A DNA stretch of 64,000 nt from Chloroflexia bacterium (GTDB lineage: Bacteria > Chloroflexota > Chloroflexia > Thermomicrobiales > CFX8): NCBI GenBank assembly GCA_030431755.1, contig JAUIIK010000007.1, forward strand, positions 2,400-66,399, in the 5' to 3' direction. Shown here one piece after another: positions 22,826 through 33,036 of the stretch. Position numbers and translations under genes: made by a program. The notes beneath the pieces were generated by a model, which made no database searches, was not told where the DNA came from, and saw nothing but the letters and a program-made list of their open reading frames with translations. Each line of letters starts with the position of its first letter. The first letter of the stretch is position 1.

Positions 22826-25249
22826 TTGAATCGCTACGTCTGTGTCCACGGGCACTTCTACCAACCGCCGCGCGAGAATCCCTGGCTCGAATCGATCGAG
22901 GTCCAGGACTCGGCCTACCCGTACCACGACTGGAACGCGCGCATTGCACATGAGAGCTACGGACCAAACGCCACGGCGCGGATCCTCGACGGCGAAGGCC
23001 GCATTCTTGAGATCGTCAACAACTATGCCCGAATCAGCTTCAACTTCGGGCCGACCCTGCTGGCCTGGATGGAGACCTTCGACCCCGAAACCTACGAGGC
23101 GATCCTGGCCGCCGACAAAGAGAGCATCGAGCGCTACGCCGGCCACGGCTCGGCCATCGCCCAGGTCTACAACCACCTGATCATGCCGCTCGCCAACCGA
23201 CGGGATAAGGAAACCCAGATCATCTGGGGCATTGTCGACTTCGAGCACCGCTTCGGCCGCAAGCCCGAGGGCATGTGGCTGGCCGAGACCGCCGTCGATC
23301 TCGAGACACTTGATCTCCTGGCACAGCACGGCATCGTTTACACGATCCTCGCGCCGCACCAGGCCGGCCAGGTGCGCGAAATCGGCGAGGAAGAGTGGAC
23401 CGATGTCGGCGGAGGCCGGGTCGACCCGACCAGGCCCTACCGGGTCAACGTGCCATCCGGCGGATCGATCGATGTCTTTTTCTACGATGGGCCCGTCTCC
23501 CAGGCCGTCGCCTTCGAAGGCCTGCTCCAACAGGGTGAGCGGCTGGCCAACCGCATGGTCGGAACCTTCTCCGACGACCGCGATTGGCCGCAGATCGTCC
23601 ATATCGCGACTGATGGCGAGACCTACGGCCACCACCACGAGCATGGCGAGATGGCGCTAGCCTACGCGCTCCACTTCATCGAACAACAAGAGCTGGCGGA
23701 GCTTACGAACTACGGCGAGTATCTCGAACACTACCCGCCCACGCACGAAGCCGAGATCATTGACGACACCTCGTGGAGCTGCATTCACGGCATTGAGCGC
23801 TGGCGCTCCGATTGCGGCTGCAACACCGGTGGCCGGCCCGGCTGGAACCAGGCCTGGCGCGCGCCACTGCGGGACGCCCTCGACTGGCTGCGCGACGAGA
23901 TGAGCGCGATCTACGAGGCACAGGCCGGCCCGCTCTTCAGCGATCCCTGGGCCGCCCGCGATAGCTACATCAACGTCGTGCTCGACCGCTCTAACGCCGC
24001 GCTCGACCGCTTCTTCATGAACCAGACGCAGCGGCCGCTCTCGGACGACGAGCGGCAACTGGCCCTGAAACTCCTCGAGATGCAGCGCCATGAGCTGCTG
24101 ATGTACACGAGCTGCGGCTGGTTCTTTGACGAGCTCTCCGGCATCGAGACGGTCCAGGTGATTCAGTACGCCTCCCGCGCCGTCCAGCTTGCCGATGAGC
24201 TGGCCGGCGGCGACCTGGAAACCGGGTTCGTCGAGCGGCTGGCGCTGGCCCCGAGCAACCTGCCGCGCTTCAACAACGGCGCGGTCATCTACGACCTGCT
24301 CGTGCGGCCGGCTGCCGTCGATCTGCCCAAGGTCGCGGCGCACTACGCGATGAGCACGCTCTTCGAGGAGGAGCCGCCCGCCTCCGTCTACGCTTTCGAC
24401 GCCGAGCCTGTCTCCTTCAGCCGCCAGGAGACCGGACGGGCGCGGCTGGCGCTCGGCCGGGTCACACTGCGGTCGCGGATTACCCACGACGAGGACACCT
24501 TCACCTTCGGCGTCCTCCACCTGGGCGACCACAATCTCGATGGCGGCGTCAGGCCCTTCATGGGCAACGGCGACTTCGACGCGATGAAAGCTGAGGTTAC
24601 CGCCGCATTCGACCGCGCCGACTACCCGCAGACGATCCGGCTGATCGACCATCACTTCGGCGACCACGCCTACTCGCTTGGCTCGCTCTTCCGGGACGAG
24701 CAGCGCAACATCACCGACGTCATCCTCGACGGCACGCTAGCCGAGGCCGAGTCGGTCTACCGCCATCTCTACGAGGACAACGCCCCGCTGATGCGTTACC
24801 TCGATAGCGTCTCGATTCCGCTGCCGAACGGGTTGCGGACAGCCGCGGAGTTCACAATGAATGTCGATATCCGCCGAGCGCTCGGCGAGCCCGAGATCGA
24901 CTTCGAGTACATCGACAGCTACTTCGAGGAGACCAGCACCTGGGATCTGCACCTGGACGTGCCGGGAATTAGCTTCGCGATGGAAGCGGCGCTCGAGTAC
25001 CGGGCGGACCACCTGGAGGACGACGCTTCCGGACCGGAGGAGTTCGATGAGCTCACCCGGCTGATCGAGCTGATTCGCCGCCTGCCCTTCGGCTGCGACT
25101 ACGGAACCGCCCAGAACCACTACTATGCCCTGCTGCAAGCGCGCTATCCAACGATGAAGGAGCTAGCGGAGAGCGGCAACGCCGATGCAAGCGCCTGGGT
25201 CGCTTCGTTCGAGCGCCTCGGGCAGGCGCTGGCGGTCTACGTCGCGTGA
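22826..25249 (+). CDS. GH57 glycoside hydrolase with DUF3536 domain
   Basis: HGHFYQPPRENPW, SFNFGPTL, QVYNHLIMPL, GMWLAET, ATDGETYGHH, SWSC.HG.ERW..DCGC, MYTSCGWFF; TTG start. Confidence 0.93.
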   Translation: MNRYVCVHGHFYQPPRENPWLESIEVQDSAYPYHDWNARIAHESYGPNATARILDGEGRILEIVNNYARISFNFGPTLLAWMETFDPETYEAILAADKESIERYAGHGSAIAQVYNHLIMPLANRRDKETQIIWGIVDFEHRFGRKPEGMWLAETAVDLETLDLLAQHGIVYTILAPHQAGQVREIGEEEWTDVGGGRVDPTRPYRVNVPSGGSIDVFFYDGPVSQAVAFEGLLQQGERLANRMVGTFSDDRDWPQIVHIATDGETYGHHHEHGEMALAYALHFIEQQELAELTNYGEYLEHYPPTHEAEIIDDTSWSCIHGIERWRSDCGCNTGGRPGWNQAWRAPLRDALDWLRDEMSAIYEAQAGPLFSDPWAARDSYINVVLDRSNAALDRFFMNQTQRPLSDDERQLALKLLEMQRHELLMYTSCGWFFDELSGIETVQVIQYASRAVQLADELAGGDLETGFVERLALAPSNLPRFNNGAVIYDLLVRPAAVDLPKVAAHYAMSTLFEEEPPASVYAFDAEPVSFSRQETGRARLALGRVTLRSRITHDEDTFTFGVLHLGDHNLDGGVRPFMGNGDFDAMKAEVTAAFDRADYPQTIRLIDHHFGDHAYSLGSLFRDEQRNITDVILDGTLAEAESVYRHLYEDNAPLMRYLDSVSIPLPNGLRTAAEFTMNVDIRRALGEPEIDFEYIDSYFEETSTWDLHLDVPGISFAMEAALEYRADHLEDDASGPEEFDELTRLIELIRRLPFGCDYGTAQNHYYALLQARYPTMKELAESGNADASAWVASFERLGQALAVYVA

Positions 25250-27840
25250 CCAGCTACCGGCGCGTACCGCTTGCGACCTACCGCTTGCAGCTGAACGCGG
25301 ATTTCACCTTCGATGATGCCCGCGCACAGCTCGACTATCTTGCCGCGCTCGGCGTCAGCGAGATCTACCTGTCGCCGATCATGGAGGCCGTGGCCGGCAG
25401 CAGCCATGGCTACGACGTGATCGACCCGACCCGTATCAGCGCGGCGCTCGGCGGAGCTGATGGTTTTGAGCAGCTGGCGACGGAGGCTCGCGACCGGGAC
25501 ATCGGCATTTTGCTCGACATCGTCCCCAACCACCTCGCAGCGTCGCCCGACAACCCATCCTGGCGGGCGCTCCTCGCGGAAGGACCGGAGTCCGACGCTG
25601 CCGCGATCTTCGATGTCACCTGGGACGAGGACGGCAAGCTGACCCTGCCAATCCTCGGCGAGCACTACCCGCAGGTGCTCCAACGCGACGAGCTCGGCGT
25701 TGCGGCAGGCAGTGATGGACACGAGGTCACCTACTACGATCACCGTTTCCCGCTCAACGCCAGCGACGCATCGCGCGCGGCGCTCGCAGCCTGGGAGAGT
25801 GCCGTCTCCGGCGACGAGCGCCGGGCCGCGCTCGACCGTCTGCTGGCGGCGCAGCACTACCGCCTGATGTACTGGCGCACCGGCAGCCGGGAGATCAACT
25901 ACCGTCGGTTCTTCGACATCAACGACCTGGCGGCTGTCACCGGCGACGGCGCGGCCTTCGAGCTGATTCACGCGCGCGTGCGGCGGCTGGTGGAAGCGGG
26001 CCAGGTCACCGGCCTCCGTATCGACCACATCGACGGACTACGCGATCCCGCCGGCTACCTCCATCGCTTGCAGGAGTATCTGCGCCAATCGCCAGCGGAC
26101 GATGCGGTCTACACCGTTGTGGAGAAGATTCTCTCGGGTGACGAGGAGCTGCGCGCGAGCTGGGAGACGGCCGGCACAACCGGCTACGACTTTCTGAACA
26201 TGTCCAGCGGCGTGCTGACCAGCAGCGCAGGTTTGCAGCAGCTAGTCGCGATGACGCGCCACTACGCCGCCGAGGTCGCGGACTTCAGCGGCCTGCTCTA
26301 CCGGGCCAAGCACGAGGTCATCGAACAGCTCTTCGCCGCCGACAGCGCCCGGTTGACCCGGAGTCTCCGGCAGATTGCCCGGCATGACCGGTACGGCCGC
26401 GATCTGATCGACGCCGAGTTGGACGCCGCAATCCGCGAGCTGACCGTTTGCCTGCCGGTCTACCGGACCTATATCGCCGGCAGTCCACTCACCCACACCG
26501 ACCGCAACCTCGTTGAAAACGCCATTGCTGAAGCGGTCGCCCACCGGCCCGACCTGGAGGTCGCGTTGGATTTTCTGCGGCGCGTGATCCTGCTGGATGG
26601 CGGCGAGGGTCTCGAAGAGCCAGCGTTGCACCGGCGGCTTGACTTCACCGCTGCCTGGCAGCAGTTCAGCGGCCCGGTCATGGCCAAGGGACTGGAAGAC
26701 ACGACCCTCTACCGCGATCCGACGCTGCTCTCGGCCAATGCCGTCGGCGGCGAACGCGAGATCGCCGAGACTACCGTTGCCGATTTCCACGCCTGGGCAG
26801 CCCGGCGCGCCGAACATTGGCCGCTGGCGATGAACGCCACCTCCACCCACGACTCCAAGCGCAGCGAGGATGTCCGTACCCGGATCGCCGTCCTGTCGGA
26901 GATCCCCGACGAGTGGGATACGGAATTCGAGCGGCTGCGCGAAGCGAGCGCCGCCGATGTACGCTCCGTCGACGGTCAGCCGGCCCCGGATGGCCGCGCC
27001 GCGCTGATGCTCTTCCAGACATTGATCGGCTCCTGGCCGCTCGACCCGGGCGAACTGAGCGAGTACCCCGGCCGGGTCCAGGCCTACGCCGTCAAAGCGG
27101 AGCGCGAAGCGAAGCTGCGGACAAGCTGGATCGATCAGCATGCGGTCTACGAGGAGGCGCTGCAAGCGTTCGTCGCCGGCCTCTTCCGCAATGAGCGCTT
27201 CCTGGAACAGTTGCAGCCATTCCGCGAACAGATTGCGGTCCACGGCATGTTGAACTCGCTCAGCGCAACGCTCCTGAAGATCACCGCGCCGGGCATTCCG
27301 GACACCTACCAAGGCGCGGAGTGCTGGGACTTCAGCCTGGTTGACCCAGACAATCGCCGCCCGGTTGACTACGCTGCCCGACACGCCCTCTTACGCCAGA
27401 TCGACGCAGACGCCACGCCAGGCCGGTTGCTCCAGGATTGGCAATCTGGGGCAGTGAAGCTCTTCCTGCTACGTCAAGCGCTCAAGATGCGTTCAGCACG
27501 CCGCGACCTGTTCGAGCACGGCAGCTACATCCCATTGGAAGTTGCGGGGGAACGGTCCGACCACATCCTCGCCTTCGCCCGTCAGCGAGAGAGCGCCTGG
27601 GCGCTCGTCATCGTCCCGCGGCTAACGGCGCGGCTGACCCAAGCCAACGGGCGGGAGCTAGGCCGGATCCCGCTGGGCGATGAATCCTGGCACGACACGG
27701 CCATCCGTCTCCCGGCCAATGCGCCTTCAATATGGCAGGACGCGCTTGCCAACAACCGCATCGAGTCGGCGGCGAACCGGCTCCGGATTGCCGACGCGCT
27801 CGCTGATTTCCCGGTGGCGCTACTGACTGGCGAAGCGTAG
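25246..27840 (+). CDS. treY: Malto-oligosyltrehalose synthase
   Basis: ATYRLQ, GSSHGYDV.DP, DIVPNH, NYRRFFDI, GLRIDHIDGL, VEKIL, AKGLEDT, STHDSKRSEDVR, LVDPDNRRPVDY. Confidence 0.97.
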   Translation: MTSYRRVPLATYRLQLNADFTFDDARAQLDYLAALGVSEIYLSPIMEAVAGSSHGYDVIDPTRISAALGGADGFEQLATEARDRDIGILLDIVPNHLAASPDNPSWRALLAEGPESDAAAIFDVTWDEDGKLTLPILGEHYPQVLQRDELGVAAGSDGHEVTYYDHRFPLNASDASRAALAAWESAVSGDERRAALDRLLAAQHYRLMYWRTGSREINYRRFFDINDLAAVTGDGAAFELIHARVRRLVEAGQVTGLRIDHIDGLRDPAGYLHRLQEYLRQSPADDAVYTVVEKILSGDEELRASWETAGTTGYDFLNMSSGVLTSSAGLQQLVAMTRHYAAEVADFSGLLYRAKHEVIEQLFAADSARLTRSLRQIARHDRYGRDLIDAELDAAIRELTVCLPVYRTYIAGSPLTHTDRNLVENAIAEAVAHRPDLEVALDFLRRVILLDGGEGLEEPALHRRLDFTAAWQQFSGPVMAKGLEDTTLYRDPTLLSANAVGGEREIAETTVADFHAWAARRAEHWPLAMNATSTHDSKRSEDVRTRIAVLSEIPDEWDTEFERLREASAADVRSVDGQPAPDGRAALMLFQTLIGSWPLDPGELSEYPGRVQAYAVKAEREAKLRTSWIDQHAVYEEALQAFVAGLFRNERFLEQLQPFREQIAVHGMLNSLSATLLKITAPGIPDTYQGAECWDFSLVDPDNRRPVDYAARHALLRQIDADATPGRLLQDWQSGAVKLFLLRQALKMRSARRDLFEHGSYIPLEVAGERSDHILAFARQRESAWALVIVPRLTARLTQANGRELGRIPLGDESWHDTAIRLPANAPSIWQDALANNRIESAANRLRIADALADFPVALLTGEA

Positions 27841-27907
27841 GCCCCCACTGCACAACGATGGGCGACCGATCGCGAAGAGATCGCGTACGACATCGTAGAA
27901 GCGGAGT

Positions 27908-28286
27908 TCATCTCCACCCCTCATGTATCAAGTCAAGGCGTTCGTCAGGGATGGGCCCGAAATCGGTTGGTACGCAGCGCCATGCCGCAGACGCCAGAGC
28001 AACAACATGGTCATCCCGAGGAGGGCTTTGCGCCCGAGGGATCTTGTTGCGTGCGTGCCAACCGCCGGTGCAGGGGCGGGTGATCGGCCGCGCTGTAGCG
28101 ACTGTGGCAGTCTTCGTCGGAGCGCGGCGTTGTTGGTCGGAGATCTATCAGGCGCAAAGCCTTCCTCAGGATGCCAGGTTCGGAGCGGGAAGTGTGTCAT
28201 GGAAGTTGCTTGGCGGCGCGCGGCTGCGCGAACGAGCACGAGCTTCCTGTCCCACACCGAACTTGCCACATGAAGGGTGGAAATCA
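27908..28286. mobile_element. MITE-like element with 26-bp imperfect terminal inverted repeats enclosing a GTCATCC-type palindrome (28010-28175)
   Basis: TCATCTCCACCCCTCATGTATCAAGT versus the reverse complement of ACTTGCCACATGAAGGGTGGAAATCA, 21/26 by eye; inner arms 29/35. Confidence 0.55.
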
Positions 28287-28306
28287 TCTCCACCCACGCC
28301 AAGGTC

Positions 28307-28450
28307 GGCATCCTGGGGCAACGAAGGATCTGCGACCGACGGCGTTGCGTGCCGGGCAAGCTCATCATGCCCCAACGTCGTCGCCGATGACTTTCCGCGT
28401 CGTCGACATGCGGCACGCCTGTGACAAGGTCCCGCATTCTTCGGGATGAC
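28307..28450. repeat. Degenerate GTCATCC...GAAGGATCT-family palindromic element
   Basis: GGCATCCTGGGGCAACGAAGGATCT ... TCGGGATGAC; similar to the element at 35570. Confidence 0.5.
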
Positions 28451-28501
28451 CGTGTTCTTATACTGTTTCATTTTGTAGATGGCATGAACTGACAGACGTC
28501 G

Positions 28502-28601
28502 GTAGGGGCGTGGACCCAAGGGGTGCCCCTCACGCCCGGCAGTCGCATCCCTCGAACGTACGCATGGATCGCAGCGCTGGCGTGATGAATCACGCCCCTA
28601 C
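28502..28601. repeat. GTAG-type REP doublet
   Basis: GTAGGGGCGTG...CACGCCC and GGCGTGATGAATCACGCCCCTAC. Confidence 0.75.
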
Positions 28602-28753
28602 ATCGATCGCGACAACCTCACCGTGAATCGGTATTAGTGTGAAGTGTCCTGCGAGAGGCGGTAGACGAGCGAGCTACAGACATCTGCCTGCACGACAGAG
28701 CCCCGGCAACAATGTTGGATTGCTGGTTAAGCGTGGACGGGAGGCGTTGCGCC

Positions 28754-29011
28754 TTACTCCTGGCCGCCGTCCGCGGCGCGGTCGAACTGGTCGAGAATCC
28801 AGTGCCGCGCGCCGGCGGGATCGGAAGCGCCGAGGAAGAGATAGATATCGGAGATCATCGCCCGCACGCTCATCGGCGTCAGGCCGGTATCGTCACAGAT
28901 CGATTGGATCGAGGAGCCGCGGGCGAGGCCCATCATGATGCGTTGCTGGCGCAAGGTGAAATCGTTGAGCCCCGGCCTGTAGCCATGTACCGCTGCGTTG
29001 TAGCCAATCAT
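28754..29011 (-). CDS. Small stand-alone LuxR/GerE-like HTH protein (divergent)
   Basis: RBS AGAGG; FTLRQQRIMMGLARGSSIQSICDDTGLTPMSVRAMISDIYLFLGA follows the LT.RE..V...LA.G....EIA..L..S..TV......I..KLG pattern. Confidence 0.7.
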   Translation of the reverse strand: MIGYNAAVHGYRPGLNDFTLRQQRIMMGLARGSSIQSICDDTGLTPMSVRAMISDIYLFLGASDPAGARHWILDQFDRAADGGQE

Positions 29012-29054
29012 CGTCGTCCTCTTATCGTTGTAACTTCTCGTAGCACTATCATCG

Positions 29055-29070
29055 ACCGGGATATCCCGGT
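29055..29070. promoter_or_regulatory. Perfect 16-bp palindrome upstream of the solo HTH gene
   Basis: ACCGGGATATCCCGGT; related CCGGG-N5-CCCGG at 29088-29102. Confidence 0.5.
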
Positions 29071-29201
29071 GTTTAGCGTCGGAAGTACCGGGTCCAGCCC
29101 GGATGCTGATTCACCGCACACTGCCGTGCGGCGCTTACGTAGCTTGTACTGGATATACGTGCGAACGCCCGGTTTGGTTCCGCTCCGGGGCCGCCGAGCG
29201 C

Positions 29202-29648
29202 CTATACCGCCTCATCGCGCGCATAGCGCATGACCGTCACCCCGGGCGCGATCTCCGTTTCGCCCAACGGCTGGAAACCGAGCTTCTCGTAGAGCCGCCT
29301 GGCCGGGACGTTCGCCGTCCCGGTCGAGACCGTGATCCTGGGGAAATCGAGCAGCGCCGCAACCAGCGCGGAACCATGTCCCTGTCCAAAGTGCGCTGGA
29401 TCGACGACCAGCCGGTCGATGTCGCAGACAGTGTCGTCAACGGTGTAGCCAAGCGCCGCGACGATATCGCCGCCAGCGCGCACTCCCAGCCAGCGCAGTT
29501 GTCGAGCTTTGAGCTCTGCCAGCGACTCGTGCAGCGGCGGGATACCGTCGAACCCAATGAGATCTGCCTCAACCTGATAGGCCAGGCGCTGAATCTCCAG
29601 CACACGCTCGGCGACACCGGGCTGCCTGAGATCCAGCGCCTCGACCAT
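29202..29648 (-). CDS. GNAT family N-acetyltransferase
   Basis: IDRLVVDPAHFGQGHGSAL (motif A), NVPARRLYEKLGF (motif B). Confidence 0.92.
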   Translation of the reverse strand: MVEALDLRQPGVAERVLEIQRLAYQVEADLIGFDGIPPLHESLAELKARQLRWLGVRAGGDIVAALGYTVDDTVCDIDRLVVDPAHFGQGHGSALVAALLDFPRITVSTGTANVPARRLYEKLGFQPLGETEIAPGVTVMRYARDEAV

Positions 29649-29673
29649 TTCGCCGCTATCCGGCAGCCGGCTG

Positions 29674-30033
29674 CTAGTCCTCAGGCGCTTCGTACCAGGT
29701 CGGCGGGCCGGCGGTGGTGATGCTCAGGTGGGTCATCGACTGCCCGGCGACCGCGCCATGCCAGTGACGTTGTCCCGCCGGCAGATGGACGACATCGCCG
29801 GGACTGGCGCGCAGTTCCTCGTCGGCAGTCCCAATGCGCGCTTCGCCTGCCACGATGTAGAGCACCTGCTCGCCGGGATGATCGTGCCAGTTGGTGCGCG
29901 CGCCGTCCTCGAAGTGGACCGAAGAGACGCCAATATCACCCTCCGCGCCGGCCAGCAGCCGGGTGAGTGTCACGTCTCCGGTGAAGGTCGTGCCCTTGCT
30001 GGCGGGCGCGTCGGAAGCCTTATAGAGTTGCAT
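29674..30033 (-). CDS. Cupin domain protein
   Basis: VHFEDGARTNWHDHPGEQVL and PGDVV..PAGQRHWHGA; RBS GAGAGG before ATG 30033. Confidence 0.9.
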   Translation of the reverse strand: MQLYKASDAPASKGTTFTGDVTLTRLLAGAEGDIGVSSVHFEDGARTNWHDHPGEQVLYIVAGEARIGTADEELRASPGDVVHLPAGQRHWHGAVAGQSMTHLSITTAGPPTWYEAPED

Positions 30034-30177
30034 CGCAGTTCCTCTCTCAGTGCGTGTGGCTTGCGTCGTCACGCGAACTACTATAGCGCCGTTGACGGAT
30101 CATCCCGCAACGATGCGACATCGTGTGTAATGCTCTACGCCGGCATTGAGCAACGCCCAGACAGGGGGACCGGGGAG

Positions 30178-31056
30178 ATGTCGAGATTCAGAAACAGAGC
30201 CAAGCTGGACACCTCCCAGGTCGAGGACCGGCGCGGCAAAGGCGCGGTGGCCATCGGCGGTGTTGGCGGCGGGCTCGGGATCATCATCTTGATTGCCGTG
30301 GTGTTGCTGGGCGGCGACCCCGGCGATCTCTCGGGCATCACCGGCGACTCCGGGCAAAGCGCACCGAGCGGCACCGCCGCCGGCAGCATCGACGAGGAGT
30401 GCCAGACCGGGGAGGACGCCAACGAGCAGCAAGATTGTCGCATCGTCGGCTATGTCAACAGCATTCAGGCTTACTGGACCGACGCCTATGCCGACCGCGG
30501 CGCGAACTACCAGGACGCGCGGACGGTGCTCTTCACCAGCTCAGTTCAGACCGCCTGCGGCCAGGCCAGCTCGCAGGTCGGCCCCTTCTACTGCCCCGGC
30601 GACCAGCAGATCTACCTTGACCTCGGCTTCTTCGATGACCTCCGCTCGCGCTTCGGCGCGGAGGGCGGGCCCTTCGCCGAGGCCTACGTCCTGGCTCACG
30701 AGTACGGCCACCACATCCAGAATCTCCAGGGCACGCTGAACATGGCCAACAGCAACGACCAGGGCGCTGGCGGGAATGCCGTCCGCATCGAGCTCCAGGC
30801 GGATTGCTTCGCCGGTGTCTGGGCCAATAACGCCGCCGAGACGGGCTTCCTGAACCCACTCAGCGATGCTGACATCCGCGTGGGCCTGGACGCCGCGGCA
30901 GCCGTCGGCGACGACCGCATCCAGGAGCGCTTGCAGGGCCAGGTCAACCCGGAGAGCTGGACCCACGGCTCATCGGACCAACGCCAGGAGTGGTTCCTCA
31001 TTGGCTACCAATCCGGCCAGATGGAGTCTTGCGACACCTTCAACGCCGACCTGTAG
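30178..31056 (+). CDS. Neutral zinc metallopeptidase (YpfJ-like)
   Basis: VEDRRG plus TM anchor, TACG.A..VGPFYCPGD..IYLDL.FF, HEYGHH, ELQADCFAG, THGSSDQR; start ATG 30178. Confidence 0.93.
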   Translation: MSRFRNRAKLDTSQVEDRRGKGAVAIGGVGGGLGIIILIAVVLLGGDPGDLSGITGDSGQSAPSGTAAGSIDEECQTGEDANEQQDCRIVGYVNSIQAYWTDAYADRGANYQDARTVLFTSSVQTACGQASSQVGPFYCPGDQQIYLDLGFFDDLRSRFGAEGGPFAEAYVLAHEYGHHIQNLQGTLNMANSNDQGAGGNAVRIELQADCFAGVWANNAAETGFLNPLSDADIRVGLDAAAAVGDDRIQERLQGQVNPESWTHGSSDQRQEWFLIGYQSGQMESCDTFNADL

Positions 31057-31075
31057 AGAGCGTCAGGTACGACAG

Positions 31076-31173
31076 GTAGAGACGTGCCGTGGCGCGTCTC
31101 GGCAGCCTGCTCGATGCCTTCCGGGGCAGAGTGATGGGTTTCTTACAAAGGCACACCAGCGGCACGTCTCTAC
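31076..31173. repeat. GTAG-type REP doublet between convergent genes
   Basis: GTAGAGACGTGCCG ... CGGCACGTCTCTAC (14-bp perfect arms). Confidence 0.75.
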
Positions 31174-31299
31174 GCTGTGCGGCTGGTTGATGTCCCGTCA
31201 CGATTGCGCGCTCCTCAGTACGCTGCCAACCACCATCCACGATGTCGGCACGGCCCCTGCCTCATTGCATGCCACACAAAGAGGAACAACGCTCCTGCG

Positions 31300-32820
31300 T
31301 CAGGCGAACTGGGCAGCGAGGTGCTCGGCGATGGTGATGGCCGGGAGGTTGGTGTTGGCCCGCATCAGCGTCGGCGAGATCGAGACGTCGCAGACATAGA
31401 GCCCGTCAAGACCGTGGATCTTGCCGCTGGCATCGACGACGGCGTCGGGGTCGTGCGACGGCCCCATCCGACAGCTACAGGCAGGGTGGTAGTTGATCCG
31501 CACCGTCTCCTCGGCGAAGGCCTCGAGCTGGCCACGGGTCCGCGCCTCCGGGCCCGGACGCAGCTCTCCACGCACGAGCCCGGCGCGCTCCAGATTGCCG
31601 GCGATCTCGCGCGCCAGCTCCAGACCATCGACAAGCACGGCGCGGTCGTTGTCCTCCGCGTCGGTGAAGTAGCCATGGTCGATAGCGAGCGGGGCGTCGG
31701 GGTCGGCGGATGTTACCCGCACGTGTCCAGCGGACTGGACCGCGACGGTTGACGATGGGATCGAGTAGCGCCAGCCGCTCTCCGCAGCCAGATCGCGTCG
31801 GAGGATGCCATAGAGGTGCAAGTCAAACGCCTCGGTGCAACGTGGACTCTGTGTCTTGAGGATCGTCTGCTCGTCGGGCGTCCAGCGGTCGCGGCTGAAG
31901 AGCTCCATCTGCCTGGCCAGCTTGTCGGTTGCCCGCAGCTCAATTGACGTCAACGGGTGATCGGTCAACGCTCTGCCAACACCGGGTAGCTCGTGCCGGG
32001 GCTCGACGCCGGCCGCGCGTAGCTCATCCGGAGCGCCGATCCCGGAACGCTGGAGAATCGCCGGCGAACCATAAGCGCCGGCCGCGAGGACGATCCGGCC
32101 GGCAGCGATACGTCGCCACCCGCCATCGATGCGAGCATTGACGGCGACCGCCCGCCCCTGGTCGAGCTCAACTCGGTCGACGAGAGCATTGGCAATGATC
32201 GTCAGGTTTCCAGACTCGCGCACTGGATCGAGGTACGCAAACGCCGTGTTCCAGCGCACGCCGTCGATGATGTTAACCGGCGAGATGCCGGTTGCAGAGA
32301 CATCGTCCGGGTCGTCGAGGTCATGCACGCGGGGTATGCCGGCGGCGACCGCGCCCTCCATGAATGCGCCGTGGAAAGGCGTCAGCTCATCATCGTCCGG
32401 AATACGCACCCGCAGCGCCCGTTTGGCGCGCTCCCAGGCCGGCTCCAGATCATCCCAGCCCCAGCCGGCGTTACCCAGCTCGGCCCAACCGTCGTAGTCG
32501 CGGCGGTGGCCGATGACCTCAACACAGCCGTTGTGGGATGAACAGCCGCCGATGACTCTGGCACGGTCATAGGGTGAATGGAAGCGATGGCCAGGACGGT
32601 TGAGGCCGCTATAGCCCCAGTCATGCGTCTCCGGAAAGCGCAGCGCGTCGAGCAGATCCGCCGGCCAGCCGCCGCCACTAGACGGCCCGTAGTCCGGCCC
32701 CGCCTCCAGCAGCACGACGTTGAGATCCGTATCGCGGGCGACGATCCCGGCCAGGGCCGCCCCGGCCGAGCCTGCGCCGACGATCAACAGGTCGATTGAG
32801 GCCGGCAGCGTCGTGCTCAT
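31300..32820 (-). CDS. GMC family FAD-dependent oxidoreductase (choline dehydrogenase-like)
   Basis: IVGAGSAG, LLEAG, GGCSSHN, LAAGAYGSP.IL.RSGIG, YHPACSCRMG, NTNLPAI.IAE; RBS before ATG 32820. Confidence 0.93.
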   Translation of the reverse strand: MSTTLPASIDLLIVGAGSAGAALAGIVARDTDLNVVLLEAGPDYGPSSGGGWPADLLDALRFPETHDWGYSGLNRPGHRFHSPYDRARVIGGCSSHNGCVEVIGHRRDYDGWAELGNAGWGWDDLEPAWERAKRALRVRIPDDDELTPFHGAFMEGAVAAGIPRVHDLDDPDDVSATGISPVNIIDGVRWNTAFAYLDPVRESGNLTIIANALVDRVELDQGRAVAVNARIDGGWRRIAAGRIVLAAGAYGSPAILQRSGIGAPDELRAAGVEPRHELPGVGRALTDHPLTSIELRATDKLARQMELFSRDRWTPDEQTILKTQSPRCTEAFDLHLYGILRRDLAAESGWRYSIPSSTVAVQSAGHVRVTSADPDAPLAIDHGYFTDAEDNDRAVLVDGLELAREIAGNLERAGLVRGELRPGPEARTRGQLEAFAEETVRINYHPACSCRMGPSHDPDAVVDASGKIHGLDGLYVCDVSISPTLMRANTNLPAITIAEHLAAQFA

Positions 32821-33036
32821 GCGAGTTCCTTCCAATGGCGCGCGATGGCGCAGGCAAGTGCAACGCATCATAGCCTCCAGCACGGACACAGCAGTATCAA
32901 CCGACGCCGACCGGCCAAGCCCCTGTCGGTAGGTGTACGGACAAAAAGGGTGACTTAACTCGGATGGTCTGTATTATGTGGGAGAAGTCGTGGGGGCTTC
33001 AACAAGTGAATCTTTCGACCCGAACCACCCGGAAAG

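Noticed and set aside
27858-28519. Several 90-190 aa ORFs after treY
   Set aside because: They traverse palindromic repeats and show no protein-like motifs or codon bias.
27900-28610. Possible CRISPR array
   Set aside because: The repeats are inverted and heterogeneous, not regularly spaced direct repeats, and there are no cas genes.
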